DNA from: a virus
Strand: one strand, 5' to 3'
IMG/VR virus record: IMGVR_UViG_3300025892_000002
Length of the DNA stretch: 56,129 bases
Made by a program: the position numbers and the translations under genes. Each line of letters opens with the position of its first letter. The stretch's first letter is position 1. The notes below the pieces were generated by a model. That model was not told where the DNA came from, did not search any database, and worked only from the letters and a program-made list of their open reading frames with translations. This document shows positions 43,118 through 52,251 of the stretch, in pieces.

Positions 43118-43453
43118 ATGGATGAAGAGTACATTGAATTAATAACAGAGTTAGAAGAAGAAACTTTTACAAGTCCTGAAAGAATCTTATTTATTTCTGT
43201 TATCTTTCAAGCATTGTTAGATGCAACAAAAGAAAAGACTATAGTAGAATCATCACGTACAAGTGTTGAGAGACAACATGCACGTGCTTGGTTCTTCTGT
43301 AGTGTTGGTGTAACGTGTGATAACTTTGAGTATGTCTGTGAGAATGCAGGTATGGATGCAGACTATACAAGAAGTTTCGCAATTAAAGTAATTAATTCAA
43401 AGGAAATAAAATATGTCAGACAAAGAATCAGAAGAGTTCTCGACAAGTCGTGA
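43118..43453 (+). CDS. Protein, 111 aa, unknown function
   Basis: ORF starts 2 nt after the previous stop. Confidence 0.5.
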   Translation: MDEEYIELITELEEETFTSPERILFISVIFQALLDATKEKTIVESSRTSVERQHARAWFFCSVGVTCDNFEYVCENAGMDADYTRSFAIKVINSKEIKYVRQRIRRVLDKS

Positions 43454-43742
43454 GAGCTATGAACAATATATGTATAGAAAAAATCAAGAAGAAAAAGCAA
43501 TAGAAGGTACACATGAGTATGAGTATGGTAAAGCTACTGATAAACAAATAGGTGGTAGTCATTATAAAGATTGTGTTATACAACCTGTAGATTATATTGT
43601 AGAAAATAAGCTTGACTTTCTAGAAGGTAATATAGTAAAGTATATAACTAGACACAAAACAAAAAATGGTATAGAAGATATTAGAAAAGTAATACACTAT
43701 GCAGAGTTAATATTAGAAAAGAAATATGGAAAGGAAAAATAG
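43413..43742 (+). CDS. DUF3310-like phage protein, 109 aa
   Basis: GGSHYKD..IQPVDYI....LDFLEGNIVKYI.RHK.KNG.EDIRK motif, recalled as the DUF3310/SaV-type family. Confidence 0.5.
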   Translation: MSDKESEEFSTSRESYEQYMYRKNQEEKAIEGTHEYEYGKATDKQIGGSHYKDCVIQPVDYIVENKLDFLEGNIVKYITRHKTKNGIEDIRKVIHYAELILEKKYGKEK

Positions 43743-45680
43743 ATGGCATCATTAATGGGTAGTAATTATTTACCTACTGAGTACCAATCATTCATTCACA
43801 TGTCTAGGTATTCTAGATGGATAGAAGAAGAAGGTAGAAGAGAAACATGGAGTGAAACAGTAGGAAGACTTGTGTCTTTCTTTAAGGATCATATAGATAC
43901 TAACTATGAAGGAGGAGTTACAGATAAAGAGTGGAATGAAATAGAAGAATCTATTTTATCTCTTGAAGTTATGCCAAGCATGAGAGCTCTTATGACTGCA
44001 GGTAAAGCATTAGATAGAGAACATGTATCAGGTTATAACTGTTCTTATATTCCTATTGATAGCCCAAGAGCATTTGATGAGGTGTTATATATTCTTATGA
44101 ATGGTACTGGTGTAGGCTTCTCTGTTGAGAGACAGTATGCTGACAAGCTACCTACTGTACCTGATGTAGAGTTTGAGTACATAGATAGTGTTGTTTCTGT
44201 TACTGATTCTAAAGATGGATGGGCAAGAGCCTATAGAGATTTGATAGCTTACCTATACACAGGTAGAGTACCTAAGATAAATGTATCTAAGGTTAGACCT
44301 GCAGGTGCTAGACTTAAAACATTTGGTGGTAGAGCTAGTGGTCCTCAACCTTTGGTAGATTTGTTTGACTTTACTATTACTAAGTTTAAAGAATCAAGAG
44401 GTAGAAAACTTTCCTCTATGGAATGTCATGACATAGTATGTAAGACAGGTGAGGTTGTAGTTGTAGGTGGAGTACGTAGGTCAGCTCTTATATCTTTATC
44501 TAACTTATCAGACCAACGTATACGTACAGCTAAGACAGGTGAGTGGTGGTCAACTAATCCAGAGAGAGCTTTAGCTAATAACTCTGTTGCTTATACAGAG
44601 AAACCTGATCCAGGTATCTTCATGAAGGAATGGTTGTCCTTGTATGAAAGTAAGTCAGGTGAGAGAGGTATCTTTAGTAGAGCATCTGCTCAAAAGAAAG
44701 CTGCTGAGAATGGTAGAAGAGAATCTAACTGGGACTTTGGTACTAATCCTTGTAGTGAAATTATCCTTAGACCTAATCAGTTTTGTAACCTTACAGAGAT
44801 AGTAGTACGTGCTGGAGATACTATTAATACTCTTACAAGAAAGATTAAAGTAGCTACCTTACTAGGTACTATACAATCTACCTTTACTAACTTTGGCTAC
44901 CTAAGAAAAGTATGGCAAGATAATACAGAGGAAGAAAGATTACTTGGTGTATCTCTTACTGGTATTATGGATTCTGAATTACTTAATGGCAGAGAAACAG
45001 GACTTGCTAAGACATTAGAGAAACTTAAAAAGGTAGCAGTAGAGTGTAACAAAGAATATGCTGAGAAGTTTAACATCAATCAATCAACAGCTATTACTTG
45101 TGTTAAACCTTCAGGTACTGTGAGTCAGTTAGTTGATAGTGCTAGTGGTATACATGCTAGACATAATCCTTATTACATTAGAACAGTAAGAGGTGATAAC
45201 AAAGACCCATTGACTGAGTTTATGAAGTCATGTGGTATACCTAATGAGCCTGATGTAATGAAGACAGAACATACTACTGTATTCTCTTTTCCTATGAAAG
45301 CTCCTTCAGGTTCAGTATGTAGGACAGACATGACAGCTATAGAACAGTTAGAGATATGGAAAACATATGCCAAGCATTGGTGTGAACATAAACCTTCTGT
45401 AACTATTAGTGTTAAGGAAGAAGAGTGGGTTCCAGTAGGTGCATGGTGTTGGGAAAACTTTGAGTATCTAAGTGGTGTATCTTTCTTACCTTTCTCTGAC
45501 CATACATATCAACAAGCACCTTATCAAGATATAGATGAGAAAACTTATAAAGAGTTAGTAAAAGCTATGCCTTCTAGTATTAACTGGGCTAAGTTAAAAG
45601 ACTTTGAAAAAGAAGATAACACGAAAGGATCACAAGAACTTGCATGTACTGCAGGGGTATGTGAGTTGGTGGATATATAA
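43743..45680 (+). CDS. nrdJ: Class II (adenosylcobalamin-type) ribonucleotide reductase, 645 aa
   Basis: N-terminal YSRW..EEGRRETWSETV, NCSY, active-site TNPCSEI, C-terminal CTAGVCE pair. Confidence 0.8.
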   Translation: MASLMGSNYLPTEYQSFIHMSRYSRWIEEEGRRETWSETVGRLVSFFKDHIDTNYEGGVTDKEWNEIEESILSLEVMPSMRALMTAGKALDREHVSGYNCSYIPIDSPRAFDEVLYILMNGTGVGFSVERQYADKLPTVPDVEFEYIDSVVSVTDSKDGWARAYRDLIAYLYTGRVPKINVSKVRPAGARLKTFGGRASGPQPLVDLFDFTITKFKESRGRKLSSMECHDIVCKTGEVVVVGGVRRSALISLSNLSDQRIRTAKTGEWWSTNPERALANNSVAYTEKPDPGIFMKEWLSLYESKSGERGIFSRASAQKKAAENGRRESNWDFGTNPCSEIILRPNQFCNLTEIVVRAGDTINTLTRKIKVATLLGTIQSTFTNFGYLRKVWQDNTEEERLLGVSLTGIMDSELLNGRETGLAKTLEKLKKVAVECNKEYAEKFNINQSTAITCVKPSGTVSQLVDSASGIHARHNPYYIRTVRGDNKDPLTEFMKSCGIPNEPDVMKTEHTTVFSFPMKAPSGSVCRTDMTAIEQLEIWKTYAKHWCEHKPSVTISVKEEEWVPVGAWCWENFEYLSGVSFLPFSDHTYQQAPYQDIDEKTYKELVKAMPSSINWAKLKDFEKEDNTKGSQELACTAGVCELVDI

Positions 45681-45826
45681 TGAAAGAAAGTAAACCTGCA
45701 ATAGCTACTGCTGATGTTGAATTAATTAGAAAGGTGATAGCTTATTATTTAAAATATGCTTCACCTCCTAATAAAGAAGTAGAAGAGAAGTTATTATCTC
45801 TTCACCATAGAGTAGGTAGATTATAA
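45680..45826 (+). CDS. Unlisted ORF, 48 aa (MKESKPAIATADVELIRKVIAYYLKY...)
   Basis: TAATG overlap with the nrdJ stop; hand-translated to TAA 45824-26. Confidence 0.4.
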   Translation: MKESKPAIATADVELIRKVIAYYLKYASPPNKEVEEKLLSLHHRVGRL

Positions 45827-45832
45827 AAGTTC

Positions 45833-45861
45833 TTGACTTTTAAATTAAACTATGGCATAAT
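45833..45861 (+). promoter_or_regulatory. Promoter TTGACT-N17-CATAAT heading the transferase cassette
   Basis: TTGACT 45833-38, CATAAT 45856-61. Confidence 0.55.
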
Positions 45862-45872
45862 TACATTAAAGT

Positions 45873-45905
45873 TGAGGGAGTGTTTTGTTTCCTTTCGCTC
45901 CCTCA
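45873..45905 (+). other. 5'-UTR stem-loop between promoter and RBS
   Basis: TGAGGGAGTG (45873-82) pairs with CGCTCCCTCA (45896-905) including one G-U; 13-nt U-rich loop; RBS AAGGAG at 45910-15. Confidence 0.45.
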
Positions 45906-45920
45906 TAATAAGGAGATAAA

Positions 45921-46688
45921 ATGAATACAGTTTATATAGGGTATGACCCCAAAGAAGATACAGCATATGAAGTTTTAAAGTTTACCATAGAAAGAATATC
46001 AGGTAATAACATACGTGTTGTACCATTAAGAAAAGATCTATTAGAACTTACAGGAATGTACAAACGTAAGTCTGAGTTAATAAAAGGACAGCCTTATGAT
46101 GTTATAGATGGCAGACCTTTCTCAACTGAGTTTAGCTTTAGTAGGTTTTTAGTACCTGCTTTAAATTTATATGAAGGTAAAGCTTTATTTATGGATTCAG
46201 ATATGTATTTACGTGCTGATGTAAATGAGCTATTTGAAATGTGTGATATGGATTACTATCCTGTATGGTGTGTTCATCATGACTACAACCCAAAAAATAA
46301 AACAAAAATGGATGGTAAAGAACAACACCAATACAACAGAAAGAATTGGTCTAGTCTTATAATGTTTAATTGTGGACATAGTGAGAATAGAAAGCTTACA
46401 CCTGAAGTAGTTAATACACAAACAGGTAGATGGTTACATGGCTTTGGTTGGTTGCCTGATAAAGAAGCAGACATAGGTAGAATACCTGAAGAATGGAATT
46501 GGTTAGATGGTCATTCACCACCAGACATGGATGCAAAGAATGTACACTTTACTACAGGTGGTCCTTGGTTTAAAGATTGGAAACCAAGAGGAGAAGTAGA
46601 AGGTAAGTATGCTGTTGAATGGTGTAATGATGCAGACTACTTAAAGCTTAAAGGTATAATTAAAATGGATAAGGACTACATGATATGA
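45921..46688 (+). CDS. Glycosyltransferase (GT-A fold, GT8-like), 255 aa
   Basis: FSFSRFLVP, DxD motif FMDSDMY (D92-S-D94), HFTTGGPW. Confidence 0.6.
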   Translation: MNTVYIGYDPKEDTAYEVLKFTIERISGNNIRVVPLRKDLLELTGMYKRKSELIKGQPYDVIDGRPFSTEFSFSRFLVPALNLYEGKALFMDSDMYLRADVNELFEMCDMDYYPVWCVHHDYNPKNKTKMDGKEQHQYNRKNWSSLIMFNCGHSENRKLTPEVVNTQTGRWLHGFGWLPDKEADIGRIPEEWNWLDGHSPPDMDAKNVHFTTGGPWFKDWKPRGEVEGKYAVEWCNDADYLKLKGIIKMDKDYMI

Positions 46689-49012
46689 AGATAAATTTTG
46701 TTACTTCTTTTAATGAAGATATTTATAAAATTGCAGGACATCATTTACTTAAATCAATTAAAGATAATTGGAAACCTGATATAAATGTAACATGTTACTA
46801 TCATAATTTAGATTTAAAAAACTATTCTATACTAGAAAATAACTCAGTATCTTTTAGAAAATTAGAAAAGATAGAAGATTATAAACTATTTAAAGAAGTA
46901 AATATAACACATGATGGTACAGAGAAAGGACAAATTCCTTACAACTGGAAATTAGATGCTACTAAATGGTGCAATAAAGTATTTGCTTTGACTGAGAAAG
47001 CTTTTGAATTAGCAGAAGAATCTAAAGATGCAGGTTGGTTGATATGGATTGATGCTGATTCTATGTGTCAAAAAAGATTAGTACCTGAAGACATACTTAA
47101 TATGTTAAATGATGATTGTGATATAGCTTATTCAGGTGTAAGAGATTATCCTGATGGTTCTAGGTATCTTGATACATCTTTCATGGCTTTTAATTTAAAT
47201 AAGAAACCTGCTCTTGATTTACTTGGTGACTTACGTGGTGCTTATAACTCAGGAGAACTACTACAGTACAGAGAATGGCATGACTCTTTCTTAATGGAAA
47301 GGCTTTTAAATATTTATAAAGCTCATGGTATGCATATAGAATCTGTTGAACAAATTAAAGATTACATTACACACTTTCAAGGTATAGAAAATATAAGTCT
47401 TAATCCTATTAGAGATAATGATGGTAATAGATTAGTTGCTTTATCAGAAGATAAAACATCTCAAGACATTATGCCTACAAGATATAAACAATTAGCTGAT
47501 GTTATTAGAGAATATAAACCTAAGTCTATAATAGAAGTAGGGACATGGAATGGTGGTCGTGCTATTGAAATGGCTCTTGCTGCTTTTGAAAGTCAAGATG
47601 AACTATTGTATAGAGGGTTTGATTTATTTGAAGATGGTACTTTAGAAACAGATTCAGAAGAATTTAATCTTAAAGCACACAATACTCAGAGTGCTGTTAT
47701 AAAAAGATTACAAGACTTCAGGGCTAGGATGATGGAGAAAAAGAAAGTCTTTACATTTGAGTTAGGGAAAGGTAACTCAAAAGATATACTAAAAGATCGT
47801 ACAGATTTAGATGCTGATCTTGTTTTAATAGGTGGTGGTAATAGTATAGCTACTACAAGAAGTGACTATGATAATTTAAAACATAATCCTATTATTGTTA
47901 TTGATAATTTCTTTAGAGAAGATGAAGAAAAAATAAATGCTCCTGAACAATACCAAGGAACAAATAAAATTTTTGATAGTTTACCTAAAGGAAAAAAAGA
48001 TGGAGTACGTAGATGGGTATTACCTTCTCAAGATAAAGTAAGAGGTGGTGGTTTTACACATCTTACTGTTATACTTACTGATAAAAAATTACAAGATATA
48101 CCTAAAGGTTTATTAAGTGTTCCTATTGTAGTACATCCTAGAGATTGTGTACCTAAAGATTTTATTAGGGATAACATTAGAACTAATTTAAAACTTATAA
48201 AGACTTGGCTAGGTAAATTTCCTATGCATCAAGGTAATGTTACACTTGTATCAGGTGGTCCTTATTTAAATATACCTAAATTAAAAGCACATATAAAAAA
48301 TAATCCTGATAGTAAAATTGTATGTGTTAAACATTCTTATCCTACACTTATTAATAATGGTATACTTCCTTGGGCATGTATTGTACTAGACCCTAGACCT
48401 ATTACAGGTACAAGTACACATGGTGTAGTAAGAAAAGATTTATTTAAAAAGGTAGAAAAGAAAACTAAATTCTTTGTAGCTTCCATGACTGATCCTTCTG
48501 TTACTGAACATTTAATATCTAAAGGTGCAGAAATACATGGATGGCATGCATTTACAGAATCATTACGTGATCCAGAAGAACAGAAGAAAGCAGTACATAA
48601 TAATTCTGTTACTCTTAATCCTGCTATAGGTATACCTCAAGGTGCTACTCTTATTACAGGTGGTACATGTGCTGCTATGAGAGCTTTAGGTATCTTTCAT
48701 ACTATGGGATTCAGACACTTTGACTTGTTTGGATTTGATTGTAGCATGGAAGAACCTACTAAAGAACAACAGAAAGAAACTACAGGTGCTGAAGATGAAG
48801 AACCTAAACCTAAATATTTTAAAGTAGGTATAGGAGATACACAGTATTGGACTACAGGAGAACTTCTTGCTATGGCACAAGACTGTGAAAGAACATTTGC
48901 TAATCCACCTATGGAAATGAATTTAAATTTCTATGGTAAAGGTACATTGGTAGCTGCTCTATGGAATTTACAACCTAAACCAAAAACATTTGAGGAAACA
49001 TTTAATGGATAA
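46685..49012 (+). CDS. Three-domain 775-aa protein: GT-A-like transferase + class I SAM methyltransferase (TylF/CmcI-like) + DUF115/MptE/Maf-like transferase
   Basis: WLIWIDADSM (DxD, aa ~118-127). IIEVGTWNGGRAIEMAL...GFDLFE (~47468-47914). VSGGPYLN...VCVKHSYPTLINNGILPWACIVLDP...GGTCAAMRALGIFHTMGFRHFDLFGFD (~48167-48919). Confidence 0.55.
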   Translation: MKINFVTSFNEDIYKIAGHHLLKSIKDNWKPDINVTCYYHNLDLKNYSILENNSVSFRKLEKIEDYKLFKEVNITHDGTEKGQIPYNWKLDATKWCNKVFALTEKAFELAEESKDAGWLIWIDADSMCQKRLVPEDILNMLNDDCDIAYSGVRDYPDGSRYLDTSFMAFNLNKKPALDLLGDLRGAYNSGELLQYREWHDSFLMERLLNIYKAHGMHIESVEQIKDYITHFQGIENISLNPIRDNDGNRLVALSEDKTSQDIMPTRYKQLADVIREYKPKSIIEVGTWNGGRAIEMALAAFESQDELLYRGFDLFEDGTLETDSEEFNLKAHNTQSAVIKRLQDFRARMMEKKKVFTFELGKGNSKDILKDRTDLDADLVLIGGGNSIATTRSDYDNLKHNPIIVIDNFFREDEEKINAPEQYQGTNKIFDSLPKGKKDGVRRWVLPSQDKVRGGGFTHLTVILTDKKLQDIPKGLLSVPIVVHPRDCVPKDFIRDNIRTNLKLIKTWLGKFPMHQGNVTLVSGGPYLNIPKLKAHIKNNPDSKIVCVKHSYPTLINNGILPWACIVLDPRPITGTSTHGVVRKDLFKKVEKKTKFFVASMTDPSVTEHLISKGAEIHGWHAFTESLRDPEEQKKAVHNNSVTLNPAIGIPQGATLITGGTCAAMRALGIFHTMGFRHFDLFGFDCSMEEPTKEQQKETTGAEDEEPKPKYFKVGIGDTQYWTTGELLAMAQDCERTFANPPMEMNLNFYGKGTLVAALWNLQPKPKTFEETFNG

Positions 49013-49649
49013 CTATGTATTACCTACAAAACCTAAACCTTCTGAAAAGTATTTAGAATTAATAGAAGCTTATAAACATTTACATGAAGATGATGCTAAG
49101 TTTCAAGGTATAAGTTTAATACCTTTTGCTATAGATATATATGGCATTATACAATATAATAAATGTAAATCTATTTTAGATTATGGTTGTGGCAAAGGGT
49201 ATCCTTACAAAGAACAATACAAAAATCTTAATCATAAAGGAAAGATACCTAACTTTGATAAACCTTTACATTTATGGTGGGGTATAGAAGATTTATTCTT
49301 ATATGATCCAGGTGTACCAGAACATGATAAGCTACCTACTAAAAAACATGACATGGTAATATGTACTGATGTGTTAGAACATATACCTGAAGAAGATTTA
49401 GATTGGATAATACGAGAGATATTTAGTCTATCTAGTTCAACAGTCTTTATAAACATATCTTGTGAACCTGCTTTAAAAACATTTACTACAGGTAAATATA
49501 AGGGAGAGAATGTACATGTTTCTTTATTTGATAATAAATGGTGGGTAAATAAAATGAAAGGTATATGGAAAGAGTACAAAGATTTAAAAATATACTTGAC
49601 TTGTACATCAAAAGAAGGTATAATAGGGACATGTATCAAAGGAGATTAA
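49005..49649 (+). CDS. Class I SAM-dependent methyltransferase, 214 aa
   Basis: Motif I ILDYGCGKG and DMVICTDVLEHIPEEDLDW. ATG 49005 with GAGGAAA RBS preferred over the track TTG 48990. Confidence 0.65.
   Translation: MDNYVLPTKPKPSEKYLELIEAYKHLHEDDAKFQGISLIPFAIDIYGIIQYNKCKSILDYGCGKGYPYKEQYKNLNHKGKIPNFDKPLHLWWGIEDLFLYDPGVPEHDKLPTKKHDMVICTDVLEHIPEEDLDWIIREIFSLSSSTVFINISCEPALKTFTTGKYKGENVHVSLFDNKWWVNKMKGIWKEYKDLKIYLTCTSKEGIIGTCIKGD
49596..49624 (+). promoter_or_regulatory. Promoter TTGACT-N17-TATAAT inside the methyltransferase 3' end, upstream of the holin gene
   Basis: TTGACT 49596-601, TATAAT 49619-24, AAAGGAG 49638-44, ATG 49651. Confidence 0.6.
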
Positions 49650-49650
49650 C

Positions 49651-50064
49651 ATGCTTAGTTTATTAACACAACTACTGCCTGTTGTAGGAGAGGTTATAGA
49701 TAGAGTTGTACCTGATCCTAAAGCTAGAGAAGCTGCTAAGTTACAGCTAATTCAACAAGCACAAGAAGGAAAATTAAAAGAAGTAGAACATCAGTTATCA
49801 GCTATACTTGCTGAAGCTCAGTCAAAAGATCCTTGGACATCCAGAGCAAGACCTACATTTTTATATGTAGTGTACTTATTAATATTAACATCAATTCCAA
49901 TGGCTCTTGTTCATGCTTTTAATCCTGAACTTGCACTACGATTAATAGAAGGTTTTCATGGCTGGCTCTCAGCTATACCTGAACCTATTATTACATTGTT
50001 TGGTGTAGGTTATCTTGGTTATACAGGTGCTAGGAGTTACGATAAATTTAAAAGGTTAAACTAA
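49651..50064 (+). CDS. Holin of the GTA/3-TM (DUF3154-like) type, 137 aa
   Basis: VIDRVVPDPKAREAAKLQLIQQAQEGKLKEVEHQL...AEAQSKDPW.SRARP followed by hydrophobic segments, as recalled for the GTA holin family. Confidence 0.55.
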   Translation: MLSLLTQLLPVVGEVIDRVVPDPKAREAAKLQLIQQAQEGKLKEVEHQLSAILAEAQSKDPWTSRARPTFLYVVYLLILTSIPMALVHAFNPELALRLIEGFHGWLSAIPEPIITLFGVGYLGYTGARSYDKFKRLN

Positions 50065-50135
50065 ACTATGTTTCCATACAATGAATCAGAATGGGAGTGG
50101 ATCTCATCTGCTAATACTTTACAAGGAGAAATTAA

Positions 50136-50498
50136 ATGGCTAAGAAATCTAAAGATACTACCAAGAAAAATAAGAAAAAAATCAAGTACATTATTGCATG
50201 CCTTGTCCTTTCATTAATAGTCATAGGTTCTATATTTTTTACAATGCCTAAAGAAGCAGAAGCTACTGAGTCTAAAGGGTTTAGTACATTACCTGGATGG
50301 TCTGCAGGATACAGATACTACTTCGATATGGATGAAGATCAGAAAAGTAAAATGCGATTGTTTGGTAAGTATAAACAAGTAAGTGGTAGTACTATCAAGT
50401 TTGGTTGGACTAGAGAAACTGGTAAAGATCTTAATCAGTTTGATACTAATATAGATGATGATGGTATTATCTTTTTTGAACAGGAGTTTAAATTTTAA
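50136..50498 (+). CDS. Membrane-anchored protein, 120 aa
   Basis: Lys-rich N-terminus, TM YIIACLVLSLIVIGSIFF, beta-rich remainder ending in ...EFKF. Confidence 0.45.
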   Translation: MAKKSKDTTKKNKKKIKYIIACLVLSLIVIGSIFFTMPKEAEATESKGFSTLPGWSAGYRYYFDMDEDQKSKMRLFGKYKQVSGSTIKFGWTRETGKDLNQFDTNIDDDGIIFFEQEFKF

Positions 50499-50617
50499 TG
50501 ATTAATGATATAAAATATTTATATAATAAATATAAAGATACTACTTTAACATATGTTATTTACTATGGAGTAGTAACAGGACTTATTGCAGGGTTGTTTC
50601 ATTGGGCTGTTAGATAA
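50498..50617 (+). CDS. Unlisted small membrane ORF, 39 aa
   Basis: TAATG overlaps at both ends; TM YVIYYGVVTGLIAGLFHWAV. Confidence 0.4.
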   Translation: MINDIKYLYNKYKDTTLTYVIYYGVVTGLIAGLFHWAVR

Positions 50618-50946
50618 TGCTTGAGATATTTCATGTAGCTATACTCCTCATTTGTTTTCGTGGGGAGTGTACTACATTTGAGAGTGCACCTTACTCTAAA
50701 GATTTAAGTTTAGAGAACTGTGAACGTATGCTCTCGTATACATTTCAAACTCAAGTAGGTCCTTACTATGATAACATTATAGACTTTGATAAAGATAAAC
50801 CTGAAGACATTGAAATTGTTGATGGAAAATGTGATACTACAGATCGTAGAGATAACTTATGGAAGATTACACCTAATGTTAATCCAGATTTAAATGAAAA
50901 TAAACAAGAGAATATTTGGAGATTAGAAAGAGAGCAAGAAATTTAA
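50617..50946 (+). CDS. Secreted or membrane-anchored protein, 109 aa
   Basis: Hydrophobic N-terminus VAILLICF followed by Cys residues. Confidence 0.4.
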   Translation: MLEIFHVAILLICFRGECTTFESAPYSKDLSLENCERMLSYTFQTQVGPYYDNIIDFDKDKPEDIEIVDGKCDTTDRRDNLWKITPNVNPDLNENKQENIWRLEREQEI

Positions 50947-51365
50947 TGGCTATTAATGAGAAACAAGAACGCTTTGCTCAAGCTTATATACTACATAGAA
51001 ATGCTACTGAAGCTGCTAGAGCTGCAGGTTATACAGGTAGTAGTGCTCAAGCTTTTGCAAATCAAGGTCATAGGTTACTAAATAACGAAGAGATTAAAGA
51101 ACGTATAGAAGAGCTTGAGTCTACACTAGAAACAAATGTAGATGTTATATCTGAAATAGAAGCACAATATAACAATGCTAATAGAAGTGGTAATGCTACA
51201 AGTGCTATAAAAGCTTTAGAGTTATTGTCTAAGGTAAGAGGAGTTAAGAATGATAAAGAAGTAGAGCTGACTCCTGAGACTGTAGACCTAAGTATTGTTA
51301 AGTCTTTAAAAATATTAGGTAAAGATAAAGTTAATAAACTTATAGAACTATGTGAGTTTAAGTAG
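50946..51365 (+). CDS. terS: Terminase small subunit, 139 aa
   Basis: MAINEKQERFAQAYILHRNATEAARAAGYTGSSAQAFANQGHRLLNNEEIKERI fits the Terminase_2-type HTH N-terminus; ATG 50946 (TAATG overlap) preferred over 50916. Confidence 0.8.
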   Translation: MAINEKQERFAQAYILHRNATEAARAAGYTGSSAQAFANQGHRLLNNEEIKERIEELESTLETNVDVISEIEAQYNNANRSGNATSAIKALELLSKVRGVKNDKEVELTPETVDLSIVKSLKILGKDKVNKLIELCEFK

Positions 51366-51442
51366 ACAATACTTTAATAAGTTTAGTTAATAAAGTTTCT
51401 TCTTTAACCTCACACTTACATTCATTACATTTACAGTCTGGA

Positions 51443-51880
51443 TTATTCTTCAGTATCAACTTGTCTTTTTCTGACATGTTTACATTTCTCCCTTACAGTA
51501 GCAAAGCTAGAACCTAAATCTAAATCTCTATAACGAGAACAAAGTTTTAATAATTCTAACTCTTGTTTTAAATTCATGTTTTGTTGCATCATTTTTTTAT
51601 ATTCTTTAGTACAACTAGATCCTAATTGAAATCTAAATCTAAATCCTATAGCATAATCTTCTGATTCTCCATCATAATTATTAGTATAAGAATGTGGATA
51701 ACTATTACCTGATTGTCCTTTACGTAATTCTATATAAGGTTCTGCTGATCCACTACTACAATGATTACCAGAGTCATTAAGGTATTCATTAATAGCTTTT
51801 GAGCTTTTAACAGACCATGCAATAACAATTATAAATATAAATAAAGCTACCCAGAAAGGACCTCTGTTCCATGTAGGCAT
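51443..51880 (-). CDS. N-terminally membrane-anchored protein, 145 aa (last gene of the late arm; spanin-type candidate)
   Basis: TM PFWVALFIFIIVIAWSV; shares base 51880 with the upstream gene. Confidence 0.35.
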   Translation of the reverse strand: MPTWNRGPFWVALFIFIIVIAWSVKSSKAINEYLNDSGNHCSSGSAEPYIELRKGQSGNSYPHSYTNNYDGESEDYAIGFRFRFQLGSSCTKEYKKMMQQNMNLKQELELLKLCSRYRDLDLGSSFATVREKCKHVRKRQVDTEE

Positions 51881-52251
51881 TAGTACCCTCCATTAAGTAA
51901 TCTATTTAACTCCTGTATGTCATGCTTCTGATCTTGTAGTGTATCTTTAAGAGTATAGTACTGTTGTTCTGAAGATCTAACAATACCCTCCATTAATGCT
52001 ACTCTTTCTATTACTTGTGTAATCTCTACAACAAGTTCTTCTCTAGCAGTATTATATTTATCATTAATATTTTTTACTTCTATAGTATACTTACTATCAA
52101 TAGAGTTTACTTTCTCTTTAAGTATAGCTAGTTCTCTTTCAGTAGTTGTAGTTACACCACTAAGATTATTAACAAAGTTTATCATACCATAACTTGCACC
52201 AATAATAGTTAGTGCTACTGGCAACCATACTGCTATTTGTCCTATTCTCAT
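51880..52251 (-). CDS. TM + coiled-coil protein, 123 aa (lysis accessory candidate)
   Basis: TM IAVWLPVALTIIGASYGMI followed by heptad-like sequence. Confidence 0.35.
   Translation of the reverse strand: MRIGQIAVWLPVALTIIGASYGMINFVNNLSGVTTTTERELAILKEKVNSIDSKYTIEVKNINDKYNTAREELVVEITQVIERVALMEGIVRSSEQQYYTLKDTLQDQKHDIQELNRLLNGGY

Noticed and set aside
49232-49639. 135-codon antisense ORF within the methyltransferase gene. The same applies to similar antisense ORFs at 3448, 4367, 8958, 14925, 16151, 18131, 18425, 20270, 21554, 22124, 24775, 25107, 26456, 30242, 31625, 32243, 32964, 33722, 34240, 36329, 36537, 36906, 38910, 40447, 41226, 44897, 45173, 46230, 46283, 48686 and 54523
   Set aside because: All are opposite to, or nested in, better-supported genes of a strictly two-armed strand organisation. 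None has a convincing start context.
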